Positions 1 through 13,329 of a stretch of 64,000 nucleotides of DNA are shown piece after piece. The stretch's first letter is position 1. Every line of letters begins with the position of its first letter. The notes under the pieces are model-generated. The model ran no database searches, was not told the origin of the DNA, and saw only the letters and a program-made list of their open reading frames with translations. Where the stretch lies: assembly GCF_963676685.1 (NCBI RefSeq), contig NC_092352.1:80228001-80292000 (forward strand). Direction: 5' to 3'. The DNA is from Mytilus edulis. Its lineage: Eukaryota. The position numbers were made by a program, and so were the translations under genes.

Positions 1-711
1 TACTAAATGTCATTCATAGTGATCATAACCCTTATATAAAGAACTTACTTCCGTTGTTATATGTAGATGGAATTGCTATGAACTTTTGTTCAATAAAAAT
101 ATAAACTTTTTAGTATTTTTTTTTAAATTTGATTATATCATGTTTCAATGCTGTTAAAAATATAGTTTGAGTGCACTGGTAATGAAAAAAAAAATCTTAA
201 ATACAATAAAACCTTTAGACTGTTAGATTACGATCTACTGTCACTGTGGAGAACGTCAGATTTCAAATTGAAAAAAAAACTTGTTTTAAACATTTTTGAG
301 CATTTTGTGCTAAAAATAATTACAAAACTACATACTAGTAGTCCATATTTCATGTCACAATGTCAACAGACAATGAGGACGCTTAAGGACAAATGAACGG
401 CTCTTGTATCAAATGCGTTCATAATAACTTTCTTTACCACTTATTAATTGCATGTTTAAAATATTATTTCGTTTGATATTATCTTTGTCAAGTGAATTTC
501 TACGCACAACATCTTTGCCGACATGATGACTATGGACATAAATATCATTTTCTATAAAGGCGATTTGAAATGAATCATTTTTTCATTCTGAAAATAAATA
601 GCTTTTAAGTTGGTTTTTTTAAAACAGACTGCAAAAACAAATGCAAACAAAAACATGATGGTTATCTTTTAGTGTGTTTTCTGCATTTATTGCATTCATC
701 ATCAAGATTAA

Positions 712-2087
712 ACGTTTATATTGCTGGGTCTTACAAGTGCTCCACGAAACCTCTTTCTAAATTATTAACATCTGATTTATCAGCAACCAAAAACGGGCTT
801 CAAAGTTATTTTGAAACTGCCTATTCTAGAGGTGGCGTGAATCAGATGTGGATACTTAAAAATTCCAAAGATCTTTTAGAATACATACAATATAACTCTT
901 TTTCATCTTGTACTAGTATTAAAACATTTGCCTTTTCTACACTTTATACAAGTATTCAACATTCAAAACTAAAAGACAAATTGAAAAAGTTGGTATTGCT
1001 TTGTTTCATAAAAAAGAATGGCAAACGAAGATACCTTCTTCTTAGGAAGGGATCAATCCTACTTTGTAAAGGATCACTCTGACTCAAACAAAACATTCTC
1101 TGAAACTGACATTATCAAGATGCTTGATTTCTTGATTGACAACATATTTGTTACGTTCGGAGGATGTGGTTTTCAACAGACTATCGTCATTCCAATGGGA
1201 ACGGATTGTGCCCCTCTTCTTGCCGACTTGTTTCTTTATTATTTTGAGGCTGACTTCATACATGAACTTCTTAGGAAGAAAGATAAGAAGTTAGCAACAT
1301 CTTTTAACTCTACTTTTTGCTATATAGATGATGTTCTTTCACTAAATTATTCAAAATTTGGTGACTATGTCGAACGCATCTATACCATTGAATTAGAGAT
1401 AAAGGATACAGTTAAGTCGGCTTCATACAGTTGTATATTGACTTACATCTAGATATTGACAATGAGGGTCGATTGGAAACAAAACTTTACGACAAAAGAG
1501 ATGATTTCAGCTTTCCAATTGTGAACTTTCCATTTCTAAGTAGCAACATTCCAGCAGCACACGGTGTATATATCTGCAAATTGATACAATATTCCCGTGC
1601 TTATATTTCCTATCATGAGTTTCTTGATAAAGGGTTGTTGCTCACAAGGAAGCTATTAAATCAAGAGTTACAAATGGTGAAGTTGAAATCATCTCTTCGT
1701 AAATTTTACAGACGCCATCACGAGTTGGTTGACCGTTATGGAATAACCGTTTCTTAAATGATATCGGATATGTTCCTTACGTCGTAACTACAATCCCCTT
1801 CCCTTTCATAAATGTAACCTAACGAATTAGATTATTTACCGAATTTCTTATCTCATAAAAAACACGACGGGTGCCTCATGTGGAGCAGGATCTGCTTACC
1901 CTTCCGGAGCACCTGAAATCCCGCCTAGTTTTTGGTGGGGTTCGTGTTGTTTGTTCTTTAGTTTTCTATGTTGTGTCATGTGTACTATTGTTTGTCTGTT
2001 TGTCCTTTCATTTTTAGCCATGGCGTTGTCAGTTTATTTTCGATTTATGGTTTTGACTGTCCGTCTGGTATCTTTCGTCCCTCTTTC
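712..2087 (+). mobile_element. 5'-truncated, frameshifted Penelope-like retroelement (Naiad-type, family A): RT C-terminal half plus 3' UTR
   Basis: ORFs 672-1082, 1018-1452 and 1431-1757 join into one RT: YIAGS..KCSTKP, FSTLYTSI, IPMGTDCAPLLADLFL, YIDDVL, LYDKRDDFSFPIVNFPFLSSNIP, ending HHELVDRYGITVS with no GIY-YIG domain after the RT. The 3' UTR is shared with other copies. Confidence 0.88.
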
Positions 2088-2319
2088 ATATTTTTCCTCA
2101 ATGCAGATTTTGATAAAGGGACGTAGCACAATAACTAAACATGCATGAAAATATATCATTCCTACTAACCCCATTAGAAATATCCATGTTCTCCACGCGG
2201 TAGCTTTTAACCAATCGTATTCCAATAAGTTATTGGAGGTATTAATATACTAATGGTTTCAAATTTACCAGTGCACATTTAAATTTTTTCTCAGTGAAGT
2301 CAAAATTAACGCATGCTTG

Positions 2320-2968
2320 TAGTGCCATCATTATTTTCAGAATAAGTCAGTAAAATCTGGGTTATCAAGAACTAAGTATTTTCCATCAATTACAACTACA
2401 GAGATGATACAAAATTAACAAGATTTATGTGCTTTCTTCTGTAACGTCAATATTCAAATTAATCTAACATGGAAAAACAGAGTGATTCTTTTTGTTCTAT
2501 CAAATAAACATCAACATGCAACCGAAGCCTCTCTCTTCACGCAATAGCATAACGTTTTTAATTCTTCCCTTTTCTTTACATTAATATACTTGAATTTTAA
2601 GACAAAATCGTATTAATAATTTGTTTAACAAATCAAATATGGCTACACAGAAACACATATCTTGTTTCAGGAAGGAACCAATCAACATTTGAAAAAAAGA
2701 AAAAAACACTAAACGGAACAAAAACAAATGAAACAATACTTGCAATATACCTGAAATCGTCAAGATGCTTTAATTGTATAGTGCTGTCATTATTTCACTA
2801 TAAGTAAGTAAATTCTGGATTTTCAGGAACTAAGTATGTTTCATCAATTACAACTACACAAAGGATGCAAAATTAACAAGATAAAGGTGTTTGCTTTTGT
2901 AACATCGATATTCTAATTAACCTGATATGGAAACACATAGTGGTTCTTTCTGGTCTATCAAATAAATC
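2320..2968. repeat. Old local duplication: ~2320-2510 vs ~2778-2968; 2520-2780 also resembles 3580-3850
   Basis: Shared strings such as GAACTAAGTA..CATCAATTACAACTACA..CAAAATTAACAAGAT and CTATCAAATAAA at ~458 bp offset. Confidence 0.7.
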
Positions 2969-3929
2969 TGATTTAGATTTCTAATATTGCTGAGTTGGCA
3001 AGGAGGTCAATGTAATAATACTGAAGTACCATTTAAGTCTATCTGATAAGTTCAGGAGCCCGGAAGGTATGATGTTAAATTATACACTTTGTCTGGAAAT
3101 AACATACTAAACGAAAAACTATATTTATAAAAGATGAAGATAGAAGCAGATCAATCATAATATGTGAACAGAAACAAAAAATAAGCGCGGTGAGAAATTT
3201 AAATATAGTAATTTCATAAATAATATACCTTACATTTATATTACCTCTAGGTAAGTGTAAAACAACACGAACAATAATGTAAGCACGGGATTATGATAAC
3301 AGTTTATAAGTGTAATTAACTTAATATATTTTTTAAATAAAATTCTCAATACCATCCCTTTCTGTGTAAACATTATTTCTTGTGAGAACCACCAAAATGG
3401 AATTCGAACTTGACATGCATTTTATGATTTATTATATTGTGACCAAATAAAACAATAGGTTCAGCTGAACTTGATTTATCATGAAAAAACAACAACAGTG
3501 TGATAAACTGTCCACAGCTGTAGATTCCCTAGAAGCAAGGTGTATGTGAATACTAAACACAGCAGTACAATATTATCCACCCTCTTCAGGCAATAGCATA
3601 ACTTATGTGACTGATGTCTATTTTTGCATAAGTTTTCCTTAATATAAATTTCAGTGACTAAAAGAAAGAATTAGTCATTTGTATTACAAACAAAATGGCC
3701 AACACATATACAAATATCTTGTGTTAGAATGGTGCAACTCAACATTTTGTTAAAATGAAAAGAAAAGCAAAACAAAACAAAACAAAACACCAATCACACA
3801 ATAATTTCGATTTAACTGATATCTTCAAGATGCATGACTGTTGTAATGACATATTAATTTTTTTATTTGTATGATACGTACGATATATGGAATATAGATT
3901 AGCAATTTTGTATTTATAGGCATTCTGAT

Positions 3930-4055
3930 TCCTCAATGCTCTGAACTTCGTACTTAATTAGGCTTTTTGAACTTTGTTATTCGAGCATTTTCTATGAGTT
4001 GTAGACGAAGCGCGTAATAACATTTATATCCTGGTATCTATGATGAGTTAATTCA
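3930..4055 (+). mobile_element. Degenerate fragment of the hammerhead-bearing retrozyme-like repeat
   Basis: CCTCAATGCTCTGAACTTCGTAC..ATGAGTTGTAGACGAAGCGCG..ATCCTGGTATCTATGATGAG matches the copies at 10.6, 27.0, 30.2, 40.0 and 62.3 kb. Confidence 0.6.
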
Positions 4056-5265
4056 CATCACCCCCTTTTCATGTCTGCCATAAGAGTAGTCGACAAATTC
4101 AATTTATTAAAAAAAGACGTCGGCATTTAAATTTTGTTTGTCCACTAAATTGAAAAAAAGAAGTTTATTGTCAAGCAATTTTCCTTTCCTACGCAATGTT
4201 CCATTTTTTTATATAGTCATCGCCTTGAAAAGGTTATTGCTACCGGCATGCAATTCATTATATCTATTTGCAAATGGTTCTCTTAGTTTAAACATGTTTT
4301 AACATTAGTTTTATTGACGATGTTATACTTCAAGTCAGCATTATACAGGTCATATACTCTAATGTTATATAACTAGATCTTTTTCATAGAAAGTCAAATT
4401 GAATTCAAGTGAAAATAAAACTGTTAAAAAAACTTTAGTCAGGATGTCAGAAGAAGAATTACTGAAGGAGAATAAACATTATTTTTATAGCTTTTCACAT
4501 GGACGTTAAAATCAATTGAAAAAAATACAATCCTTAAATCTTAACTAAAGCAACCTCACTGTAAAAAGCTAAAAAAAAAATAATTATCAGTCAGCATGTA
4601 AAAAAAGGCAAAGGAAAGAGCCAAAAATTTACATCGAAAATTAATTCCAGATGATATAAGATTGCAGCAACTAATATTGCTTAGGCATACACCACAACAT
4701 TAATCTAGTTATCTTTTAAGGACTTTGTGCTGCATATAATGCGATAATGTGTTTATATATCTAAAATTGGAAGATAATGCCAAAACAAACATTACAAATT
4801 ATTACAACTTGTATTTACGTACGTTACATTCATGTTGGTTTCTTTTTTTAATTTCCTGAAAGCTAATAACGACTGATATATGTAACCAAATTTCCAAATA
4901 TAAGCTTTAATTCGAACAACATTAAGATGTAATAGGAGTAAACACGCATCATGAATATAAAAAAGGATATAAGTATAGGTATGATATGTTTTATGAGTTT
5001 TTATTCGTATAAACCATAAACCAGCTTCGTCTGTTTAAAACACTTCCGAATTGACACTTTCTAATCTGTCTACAAGATTCAGACAGGAGTCTGTAACACT
5101 CTCGTTTATATGATAAAGGGTAATAACAAAAACTACGACAGCCGTCAAATATTGTCAGTAAAGAAAAGTAAGAAAATATCTTGTTTACAAAACACCATTC
5201 CTGTCTACGAGTATCTAAACTTTTTTTCTTTCTTTCGAAGTAATATTTAAACATCTTAAAAATGC

Positions 5266-5752
5266 TTTTATAGCTGACTATGCAATATTGGCTTTGCTCA
5301 TTGTTGAAGGCGATGACGTGACATGTAAATGTTAGTTTATGTGCCATTTGGTCTCTTGTGGAGAGTTGTTTTTACGGACGCCATCACGAGTTGATTGACC
5401 GTTGTGGAATAATCGTTTCACAGATGAAATCGGATTCGTTACTTACGTTGGAACTACAATCCTCTTTCCTTTCATGAATGTGACCTACTGAATTAGACTA
5501 TTTACCGGATTTGTTATATATGAGCAACACGACGGATGCCACATGTTGAGCAGGATCTGCTCACCCTTCCGGAGAACCTGAGATCACCACTAGTTTTGGT
5601 TGGATTCGTGGTGCGTATTCTTTAGTTTTCTATGTTGTGTCATGTGTACTATTGTTTGTCTGTTTGTCTTTTTGAATTTTAGCCATGGCGTTGTCAGTTT
5701 ATATTCTATTTATGAGATTGACTGTCCCTCTGGTATCTTTTGCCACTCTTTT
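5266..5752 (+). mobile_element. Adjacent PLE 3'-end fragments: family B tail (5266-5371) joined to family A 3' end (5372-5752)
   Basis: TTTATAGCTGACTATGC..TTGTTGAAGGC matches 9430-9530. TTTTACGGACGCCATCACGAGTTG onward matches 1705-2087. Confidence 0.8.
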
Positions 5753-7394
5753 GTCTCATTTGAAATCATACTGTCTGTTCTTTTTTATATAAACAATGAA
5801 GGAATGAACAACATTACCAATGACAGTATTTTTTTCTTCACGTGTCTAGTTTTTATTAAGTATCCACTAAGAGAACAAGTGAAACATTAAGTGTTGACAA
5901 ATTTTATACTATTTTTTTTTTGCGTCTTTTGAAAATAGATTGTTACCTGATACACTATATTTTTCTGTTTTGTGTCCTGTAATTCTCGTCACAAAGAGTG
6001 GACAACTATATTCTGCACTATTTTTGCCCATTATGGTTTTCAAAAATGTTATTATTGATCATGTTTGTAATGCTTACTGCGTTTGCATTTTGTTATTATG
6101 CAACATATACGGATGACTAATGAGTTACAATTAGCTTAAATAAGGAACACAGCAAACATTCATTTCATCACGGATATTGTGATGCAGATGAACATCACAA
6201 GACTAATTTAAGTTTGTAATGGTAATACTCTCGTTTCAGACAAAGCATTTTAATACATGTAATTGATCGTTGTCGAAATCTTGTTTCAAGGAAAGCATAC
6301 ACATTAAATAATGGTCTCTTGTGTTTTCAAAATAGATAGGAATACAAGCTAAAATACTGAATAGATCATGTCTTTATTCTAACAGTCTTGTTATTGCGAC
6401 GAAAGTTTGCGAACTTCAACTTGTTTCAAATTCAGTCAATCTGGTGAATTAGTTATTGTCTTGCAATTTGGTTTGATCACAACAGTTTGTGATTTTCATA
6501 AATAAGAAATATGGTAATTTTTTCGATAAATTTCATTTTGTGCAAATTTCATTTAAATTGCTTTTATTGTGTCAAGACATTTGGTTAGTAGTCGGTATAT
6601 TTGTTTTGCATCTAGAAGACGCCATATTCGTTAAATTTTGTACTGGAAACGTCATCAGTATTCTATAGCTAGTACAAGTTATAATTATGTTATTGTGCAC
6701 ACTAATCATGAAAGTGTCTGATATAAACGGTGGTATCATGAGATAACAGATAATGTTTGGACCATCAAAGTTGCTTTAATGTCATTAACATTTCATGTTG
6801 TTAAGCTTTCAGACTTAATTAGATGTTTCAGCTTTTTGATACACTGACAGATGAAACTCTTCAACACTAATATCAATTTACGATGGATAGTCAGTTTTTC
6901 TATATTGGAGTAAACAAATGGAAAAGTAGAAAAAAGTGATATGACTGCTAATTAGACAAATCTTTAACAGAGATTAAATGGCATATAATAGGGCATCGCA
7001 CAGCCCTCAACATTGTGAAAAAAAACCGTACCAATCACCCATATGTTCAACAATAGATCATCATACATTTTGTTAAACAAAATTATAAAGTCATGTCAAA
7101 TCATTTAAAAAAGGTTGACTCTTGAATGTATATGTCAATCATAACAGCTGATAATCTACAGTATGCTATTCAAATAAACATGCATTGACCATCTTGTCCA
7201 TTCGTTTTTGATGTGTTTGGTCATTTGATTTTGCCATGTGATTATAGATTTTCCGATTGGATTTTCCTCTGAGTTCAATATTTTTGTGATTTTACTTTTT
7301 GACCTAAAAACCTTCATTGTAATTTAATGCTTTAATTTGTATGTACTGTTGCTGTAAATATATAAATCATGAGTATTTTATTAAAACTTTCAAA

Positions 7395-9568
7395 GCGGTT
7401 TGTATTGTACCGGCCGACAAAGCAGCCAACAATGTGGTGGTGGTATGCCGTAAATACTATACGGACGTTCTAAAGAATGAAATTTTAAATTCATCTACAT
7501 TCAAGTCCATGCGATCCACAGAGAGCCATATAGTAAACAAACATATCATGACCACATCAAAGCTTAAGGCTTCTTCTGAACATTTGAAGGTCCCTACTAT
7601 GTATTGGCTTCCCAAACTACACAAAGAAACATTCAAATATCGTTTCATCTCGGCCTCTAGTAAGTGTTCTACAACTAATCTTTCATTGCTTTTTTACAAG
7701 TTCATCATTTACTATCAGAGAGCTTATTATAAACTATTGTAATAAAATATATGTGAACAAAATTCTATGGATGTTTTAGATAAATTACGTGCTTTTGATG
7801 GTCCTTTTGTTTCTGTTGACAGTTGTGATTGCTCTAGTCTCTTTACTCTACACTTCCACACTATCTTATCAAACAAAATGTTCCTATTTAATTAAATGGT
7901 CGTTTGGTAAATCTGATTGCAAATATATTTGCTGCAACTCATTTAAAGCCGTCTTCTCCAATGAGAAAGGAAAATATGCTAGATATACTACTGGAGTTGT
8001 GATGAGATGATTGAAGCTGTTAATTTTCTCCTTAATAATATTTTTGTGCGTTTCGGCAACAAAATTTATCGACAGGTTGTAGGTATCCCATTGGGCACTA
8101 ATTGCGCTTCTGTAATAGCAGACTTGTTTTTTTGTACTGTTACGGATCACAGTTTATGACTAAACTCAGTAAAGACCCGTCGAAATTTTATTTACTTAAT
8201 AAATTTAACAATACTTACCGTTATCTTGATGATATTTTGTCGTTAAATAATCAACAATTTTCTCAATATAGTGCTGGAGCTTACCCCAAGGAACTTACTT
8301 AAAATAAATCAAATTTAGACGGTAGTAACTGTTCTTTCCTAGATTTAGATGTTTCGGTTTTAAACGGGAAACTCCACACTTTACGACAAAAGGGAGATTT
8401 TTCGTTCCCTATTGTTAGTTTTCCATTTTAGATTGTGTTGTTCCTTTTGCACCATCTCACGGTTTTCATATTTCACAGCTCGTTCGATATGCCCGTGTCT
8501 GTTGTAACGTTTTTGATTTTAACGTACGTAATCTATGTACTACTGGTAAATTATTAAACCAGGGATATCGTTACCATAAATTACTTACAACCTTTACTAA
8601 ATTTCTCCATAGATATAAAGATTTGGATTTTGATTATACCTGTAGAGAACTTATTTCAAACTGGTTAGCACATCCTCATTTTTACGGAAATGTTGTTAAC
8701 CGTGCCCGGAAATTAAGAAATGATAATTGTTAACTTATCCCTTAAATAAACTTATTCTCAAAGGTTACCAATTCAACACTGTTATAAGATCATTGAATAT
8801 TGTTTTATTGGTATAAATATTGATTGATTGTTATCAGTAAATTAAAGCAAACTAAGTATTACTAAGATGTTATATACATATACACATTTATGAATCTGTT
8901 GATACCTGTATCTTAGCATTGCATAAGGTCATGTTTTTCTCTGACTGTTTATAACGTTTTTACTCAAAATCCATTGGTTGTTGGATGTGTACAGATTGAT
9001 AACTTAGTCTTAGATGCATGATTTTTTTATCACTTAATGGCTTTGAACTAGCTGTCCGTTAACTGTGAGTACTCTCCGATCTGTTCCTAGTGTGGTTTTT
9101 TGTTGTTGTTGGGATGTACAGTTAGGCGGCAAGTCCACTTGTTTGTTGTCCAACTGATGATTTAATCCCTTTTCAACTGATTTTCATAGTTCGTTCTTGT
9201 GTTGTACTGTTACACCACTGTTCAAGGTTAGGGGAAGGTTGGGATACCGCTAGCATGCTTAACTCCGCCATATAATATATGTTCATGCCTGTCCCAAGTC
9301 AGGAGCTCGTAATTCAGTGGTTTTTGTTTGTTTATGTGTTACATATTTGTTTTTTCGTTCATTTTTTTTATAGATAAATAAGGCCGTCAGTTTTCTCGTT
9401 TGAATTGTTTTACATTGTCATTCAGAGCCTTTTACAGCCGACTATGCGGTATGGGCTTTGGTCATTGTTGAAGACCGTACGGTGACCTGTAGTTGTTAAT
9501 TGTTGTGTCATTTTGGTCTCTTGTGTAGAGTTGTCTCATTGGAAATCATACCACATCTTCTTTTATAT
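7395..9568 (+). mobile_element. Decayed Penelope-like retroelement (Naiad-type, family B): RT plus long 3' UTR
   Basis: VPADKAANNVVVVCRKYY, MYWLPKLHK..YRFISASSKCSTT, GIPLGTNCAS, YRYLDDILSLNN, then the RT C-terminus to ~8850. Many frameshifts and stops. The UTR ends CATACCACATCTTCTTTTATA. Confidence 0.88.
9215..9320 (+). ncRNA. Decayed type-P5 twister ribozyme motif (PLE family B)
   Basis: CCACUG..GGGGAAGG..UAA CUCC GC C..G CCUG U CCC AA GU CAGG A..CAGUGG. The T1 strand carries a substitution. Confidence 0.65.
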
Positions 9569-10529
9569 ACTAACATTGCTAATAACATTGTCAAAATTGA
9601 TATATATCAGTTACATCTATGGACGAAAAACAAAAGTGTGAAAAAAATCGCAACAATAACATTTACAAAGCTCTAGTCAAATTGACTGGTATCATGCGTT
9701 TCTTATGCAGGCACCGTCCTATACTTTGGGAATAGCTGAAACAGATAAAAACAAGACATAAGTTCTCAAAATACAATAGTACTATCAACGCACAAGCTCA
9801 AATATGTACATTTACTTGATAATGACAAAAACAACTAAACGATACGATTATTTCATTATTTATTTTAGTAGGTACGTGTGAATCTTATCGCAAGCAAATA
9901 TCAAAAGGATGTTGATCGACAAAAGGACAACAAAAAAAAGAATAATGATTCACCTCATAACAGATTCAAACAGATTTTAATAGATTTAGTTAGCACTTAA
10001 CTGTACTTTTTGTGTTTTTTTATTATAAAATTGCATATGTATTTTAAAATAATCTAAATGCAAGTGGTAGTTGTCAGTTGCCGTTTGCTATATTGCTTTT
10101 TCTGTTTAATGATGCTGGAACACGTCATGCAAACTGGATGTGTATTTGATTGAATTAACATGTTGTAATTCCTGGAAGCAAACATGCTAACTTATGTTTC
10201 TCTTTTATTAGCATCACATATTCTTTTTTTATTCGATGTTTGACTAAACCTTACTTTCAATTGCAATTTTGGTTACATGTAGATGGTATTGGTGTCAGTA
10301 AAACATTGTTGAGTCTATTGTTACTTAGATCAAGATATGTCTCATTGGCACTCATACCACATCTTCTTATATATCTATATTATTTATATTATGTATTATG
10401 GCTTACACCTCATCCCTATGGCAATGAGACGAAGATAAAATGTGATTTAAAATCTTTAATGTTATTGTTGTTCCTGCCTTCCCTTTCGCCCCTCTTTTCA
10501 ACTGACAGTTTTAATTAAAGTTATTAGTT

Positions 10530-10835
10530 ATCAAAGGTACCAGGATTATAATTAAGTACGCCACACACGCGTTTGGTCTGTATAAGACTCATCAATGACG
10601 CTCATATCAAAATATTTATAAAGCCAAACAGGTACAAAGTTGAAGACATTGAGGATCCAAAATTCCAAAAAGTTGTGCCAAATACGGCTAAGGTAATCTA
10701 TGCCTGGGATAAGAAAAATTCAAAGAGTTGTAAACAGAAAATTTATAAAAATGACCACATTATTGATATTCATGTCAACATCGAAGTGTTGACTTCTTGG
10801 CTGGTGATACCCTCGGGGACGAAACGTCCAATCAG
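10530..10835 (-). mobile_element. Near-full unit of the hammerhead retrozyme-like repeat, core mutated, just downstream of exon 2 of the host gene
   Basis: Minus strand 10557-10601 reads GCGUCA UUGAUGA GUCUUAUACAGAC CAAA CGCGUG UG UGGCGU, a type I hammerhead layout with core substitutions. The body matches 29870-30160. Confidence 0.75.
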
Positions 10836-10853
10836 ATATGTCTTAAAACTTAC

Positions 10854-11522
10854 CAAACGGCAGACCTAATGCTGCTTTGATGTTTAATACGTTTGACGTC
10901 AAAAATCCACCACATCCACCCATATGCATCTCCCAATCCATATAAAAACTGCTGTCCATATATTGAGGGTAATCAATTGCTGTAGAGGAGGTAATCCAAT
11001 GTGTCATGAAATCATTCGCTGAACCTAAAGAACCAGGGGATGCATGTTTCGGGTTGAAGAAAAATGTGATATAGCTGTTGGGGTTTCCATCGCAATTAAC
11101 AAACGTGAAGTCCATGTCTTTAGCTCGATATCTTTGGGAGTTTCTATTTTCCGACAGCTTGATTGGGAGGAAGCCAAGGAAAAGATATGGTTGAAGTCCC
11201 GAATCTGGAGACGGTCCCTTATATCCATCATGACTATTCAGTGCAAAATGAAGATTGGACAAGTTTTGAAATGATAACATGTTTTCTACAAGTACCTCCC
11301 TTTGCTCTCCAGTATTTTTGAAAATTCGTATTTTTGCGAAATTGTTAGTGCTGTACAATGCAGTTACGTCAATACTTGCTTCTGCAGACTTTCTTGAAAT
11401 ATAGGTGAATCCATAATCTCCTTCGAATGAACAGTACACTTTTACAGCATGTTCCCGTTGATAAATGATATACTCTCCGCTTGGATTTCGACGGTCTTCA
11501 AAATATATGTCTAAGCATGATA
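10854..11522 (-). CDS. Exon 2 of a secreted protein: ~223-aa domain with a fibrinogen/intelectin-like N-terminal signature
   Basis: Open 669 bp between acceptor GATATTTTAG and donor GTAAG, phase 1-1. SCLDI..SGEYII..VYCSFEGDYGFTYI resembles the fibrinogen-domain SCxxI..SGxYxI..VYCD....GWT pattern. It could alternatively read through to the stop at 10843. Confidence 0.8.
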
Positions 11523-11934
11523 CTAAAATATCGTTCAAACAACTTTTCTTAATTTCAAAGGCAAATTTGGTCCTCCAGAGAAGATATCTTTGATTTTAAA
11601 ACTGCATACAAAATGTGGCTCATTTTTTAAAAAGACTTTATGCAAAACCAATGACGTTTCAGACAATTGTATTACTACAGCCATTTTGAATGCTTTCTCC
11701 TCAAAATAAATCAAAAATGATGTCAACTTTTATCAAACATTATTCCCGTGTTTTTCTGTTGTTAAAACAATTCCGGAAAATTGCATAAATAACACGGAAG
11801 TAGACGCACAAAAATATCTATAAACAAGACGCAGAAAGAGTAATATAACAAAGGAAATTACAATAAGCTATAATTCAACTGATTTATGATATGAAGAATT
11901 GGAAGTAGATGAAGAAGTCGATAGTGGCATGGGT

Positions 11935-12205
11935 CCCTTTTCACCACGAATGTGACCTACTGAATAAGACTATTTACCGGGTTTGCAATACCATGAGCAA
12001 TGCAACGGGTGCCACATATGACACAGGATCAGCTTATCCCTCCAGAGCACCTGTGGTCAATCCCATTTTATGGTGGGATTCGTTTTGCTTAGTCTTTAGT
12101 TTTATATGTTGTGTCTTATGTACTATTATTTGACTGTTTGTATTTTTGTTTAACCATGTACGTTTATTTTCGATCTATGAGTTTGACCGTCCGTCTAGTA
12201 TCTTT
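11935..12205 (+). mobile_element. PLE family A 3' UTR fragment (intronic)
   Basis: Matches 1800-2075: GAATGTGACCTACTGAAT, GGGTGCCACAT, GAGCACCTG, GAGTTTGAC. Confidence 0.75.
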
Positions 12206-12356
12206 TAAACAGATAACAGTACATTGCCATAAACAGGTTTAAGTATTAATTTTTATACATTATTATCTTAAATTAAATTAATCGTTATATCCGATTACAG
12301 GTAAACATCACCATTTTGTTTATCATTTATTCTAAAAAAAAGTGTTTACTTCTTTT

Positions 12357-13245
12357 TAGGGACGTCAACGAATACTCGATTGCCGATTACCAAAATGATA
12401 TTCGACTAATCGGTTTCCTGTTAGAATTTTGCGTTCTTACATTTAAAAACAAAATATATTATATTAAGAGCGCCTCCCTGGAAATAAGATATAGATCAAA
12501 ATGAATTAAATTTAAAAGACAATTCGAATGTTTGCGTTTAACTGTCATTTAAAATGCTCTCAAACATTGATATGTTTTGAACAAGAGAACCTTTTAAAAG
12601 CTCGCATTTTAAAATAATAATTTCTTAGGCAGCCTACCACGTCTGACATCGGAGCAGATATTTTCATTAGCTGGACTATTAGTTACCTAACAAAGTTTAA
12701 GAAATCGCCTAGTCCCAAGAAAAGTTCACAAGATAATATTTTTGAATAAAAATAAAGTCGTTGCACCCTTTGATTGTAGTCATCAGTAAGTTCCAATCAT
12801 CACCCCTTTGATGATCATTTAATGTGTTTTTCAAAGATTCACTAACACTGTTGTTTGTGAGTAATCATTTCTATAGATATTCATTAATTACTTGATTAGA
12901 TTATTGCCTGTTTACATAATTAGTACATGTAGTAAATCTTTTAATGAGCTATCAACTATGGTAAAAAAAATCCTTTAACTTTGTAAATATTTGTAAATCA
13001 GTATGTGACACTATAATAAAATAAATATGTATTTATTATTATAAAATTCCTTTAACTATTATCTACTAGTAGTCTTTAGTACAAATATTGAAGGTGTAAA
13101 ACCAAAGACAATGACCCATAATCATAAAATGGATATAATTGTGAGTTTCCATTTTGTAAATGTTTCACCGTGCGAGTACTCGAGTATCGCTCGGTCAATC
13201 CAACGGGTACTTGATTAGTAAATCTTCACCGAGTTGACATCCCTA
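12357..13245. mobile_element. Non-autonomous hAT-type DNA transposon in intron 1
   Basis: TIRs TAGGGACGTCAAC and GTTGACATCCCTA. Perfect 8-bp TSD CTTCTTTT at 12349-12356 and 13246-13253. Confidence 0.88.
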
Positions 13246-13329
13246 CTTCTTTTATATCTCCATTCTACGCATTGTAGAGGCACCATAAGACACTATATAC
13301 ATGATAATCTTACGATCGGACGTGCTTAC

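Noticed and set aside
1868-1950. HDV-like ribozyme reading of the family A motif (G.U-started P1 GGGUGC/GCACCU)
   Set aside because: P3/L3, P1.1 and the J4/2 catalytic C could not be placed. Kept only as an unclassified structure.
4991-5347. 118-aa Cys-containing ORF as a downstream exon (PAN-like CRSF..REC)
   Set aside because: Its 5' part is antisense PLE tail, the acceptor context is purine-rich, and the Cys spacing is unconvincing.
7395-9568. Selenocysteine-encoding Naiad (in-frame UGA plus SECIS), as reported for some clam and spider elements
   Set aside because: I saw no UGA at a conserved Cys position and no convincing SECIS. The stops look like ordinary decay.
10795-10835. GGGGACGAAACGTCC as an extra hammerhead
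   Set aside because: No CUGANGA upstream. It is a simple GGACG-AAA-CGTCC hairpin in the retrozyme body.
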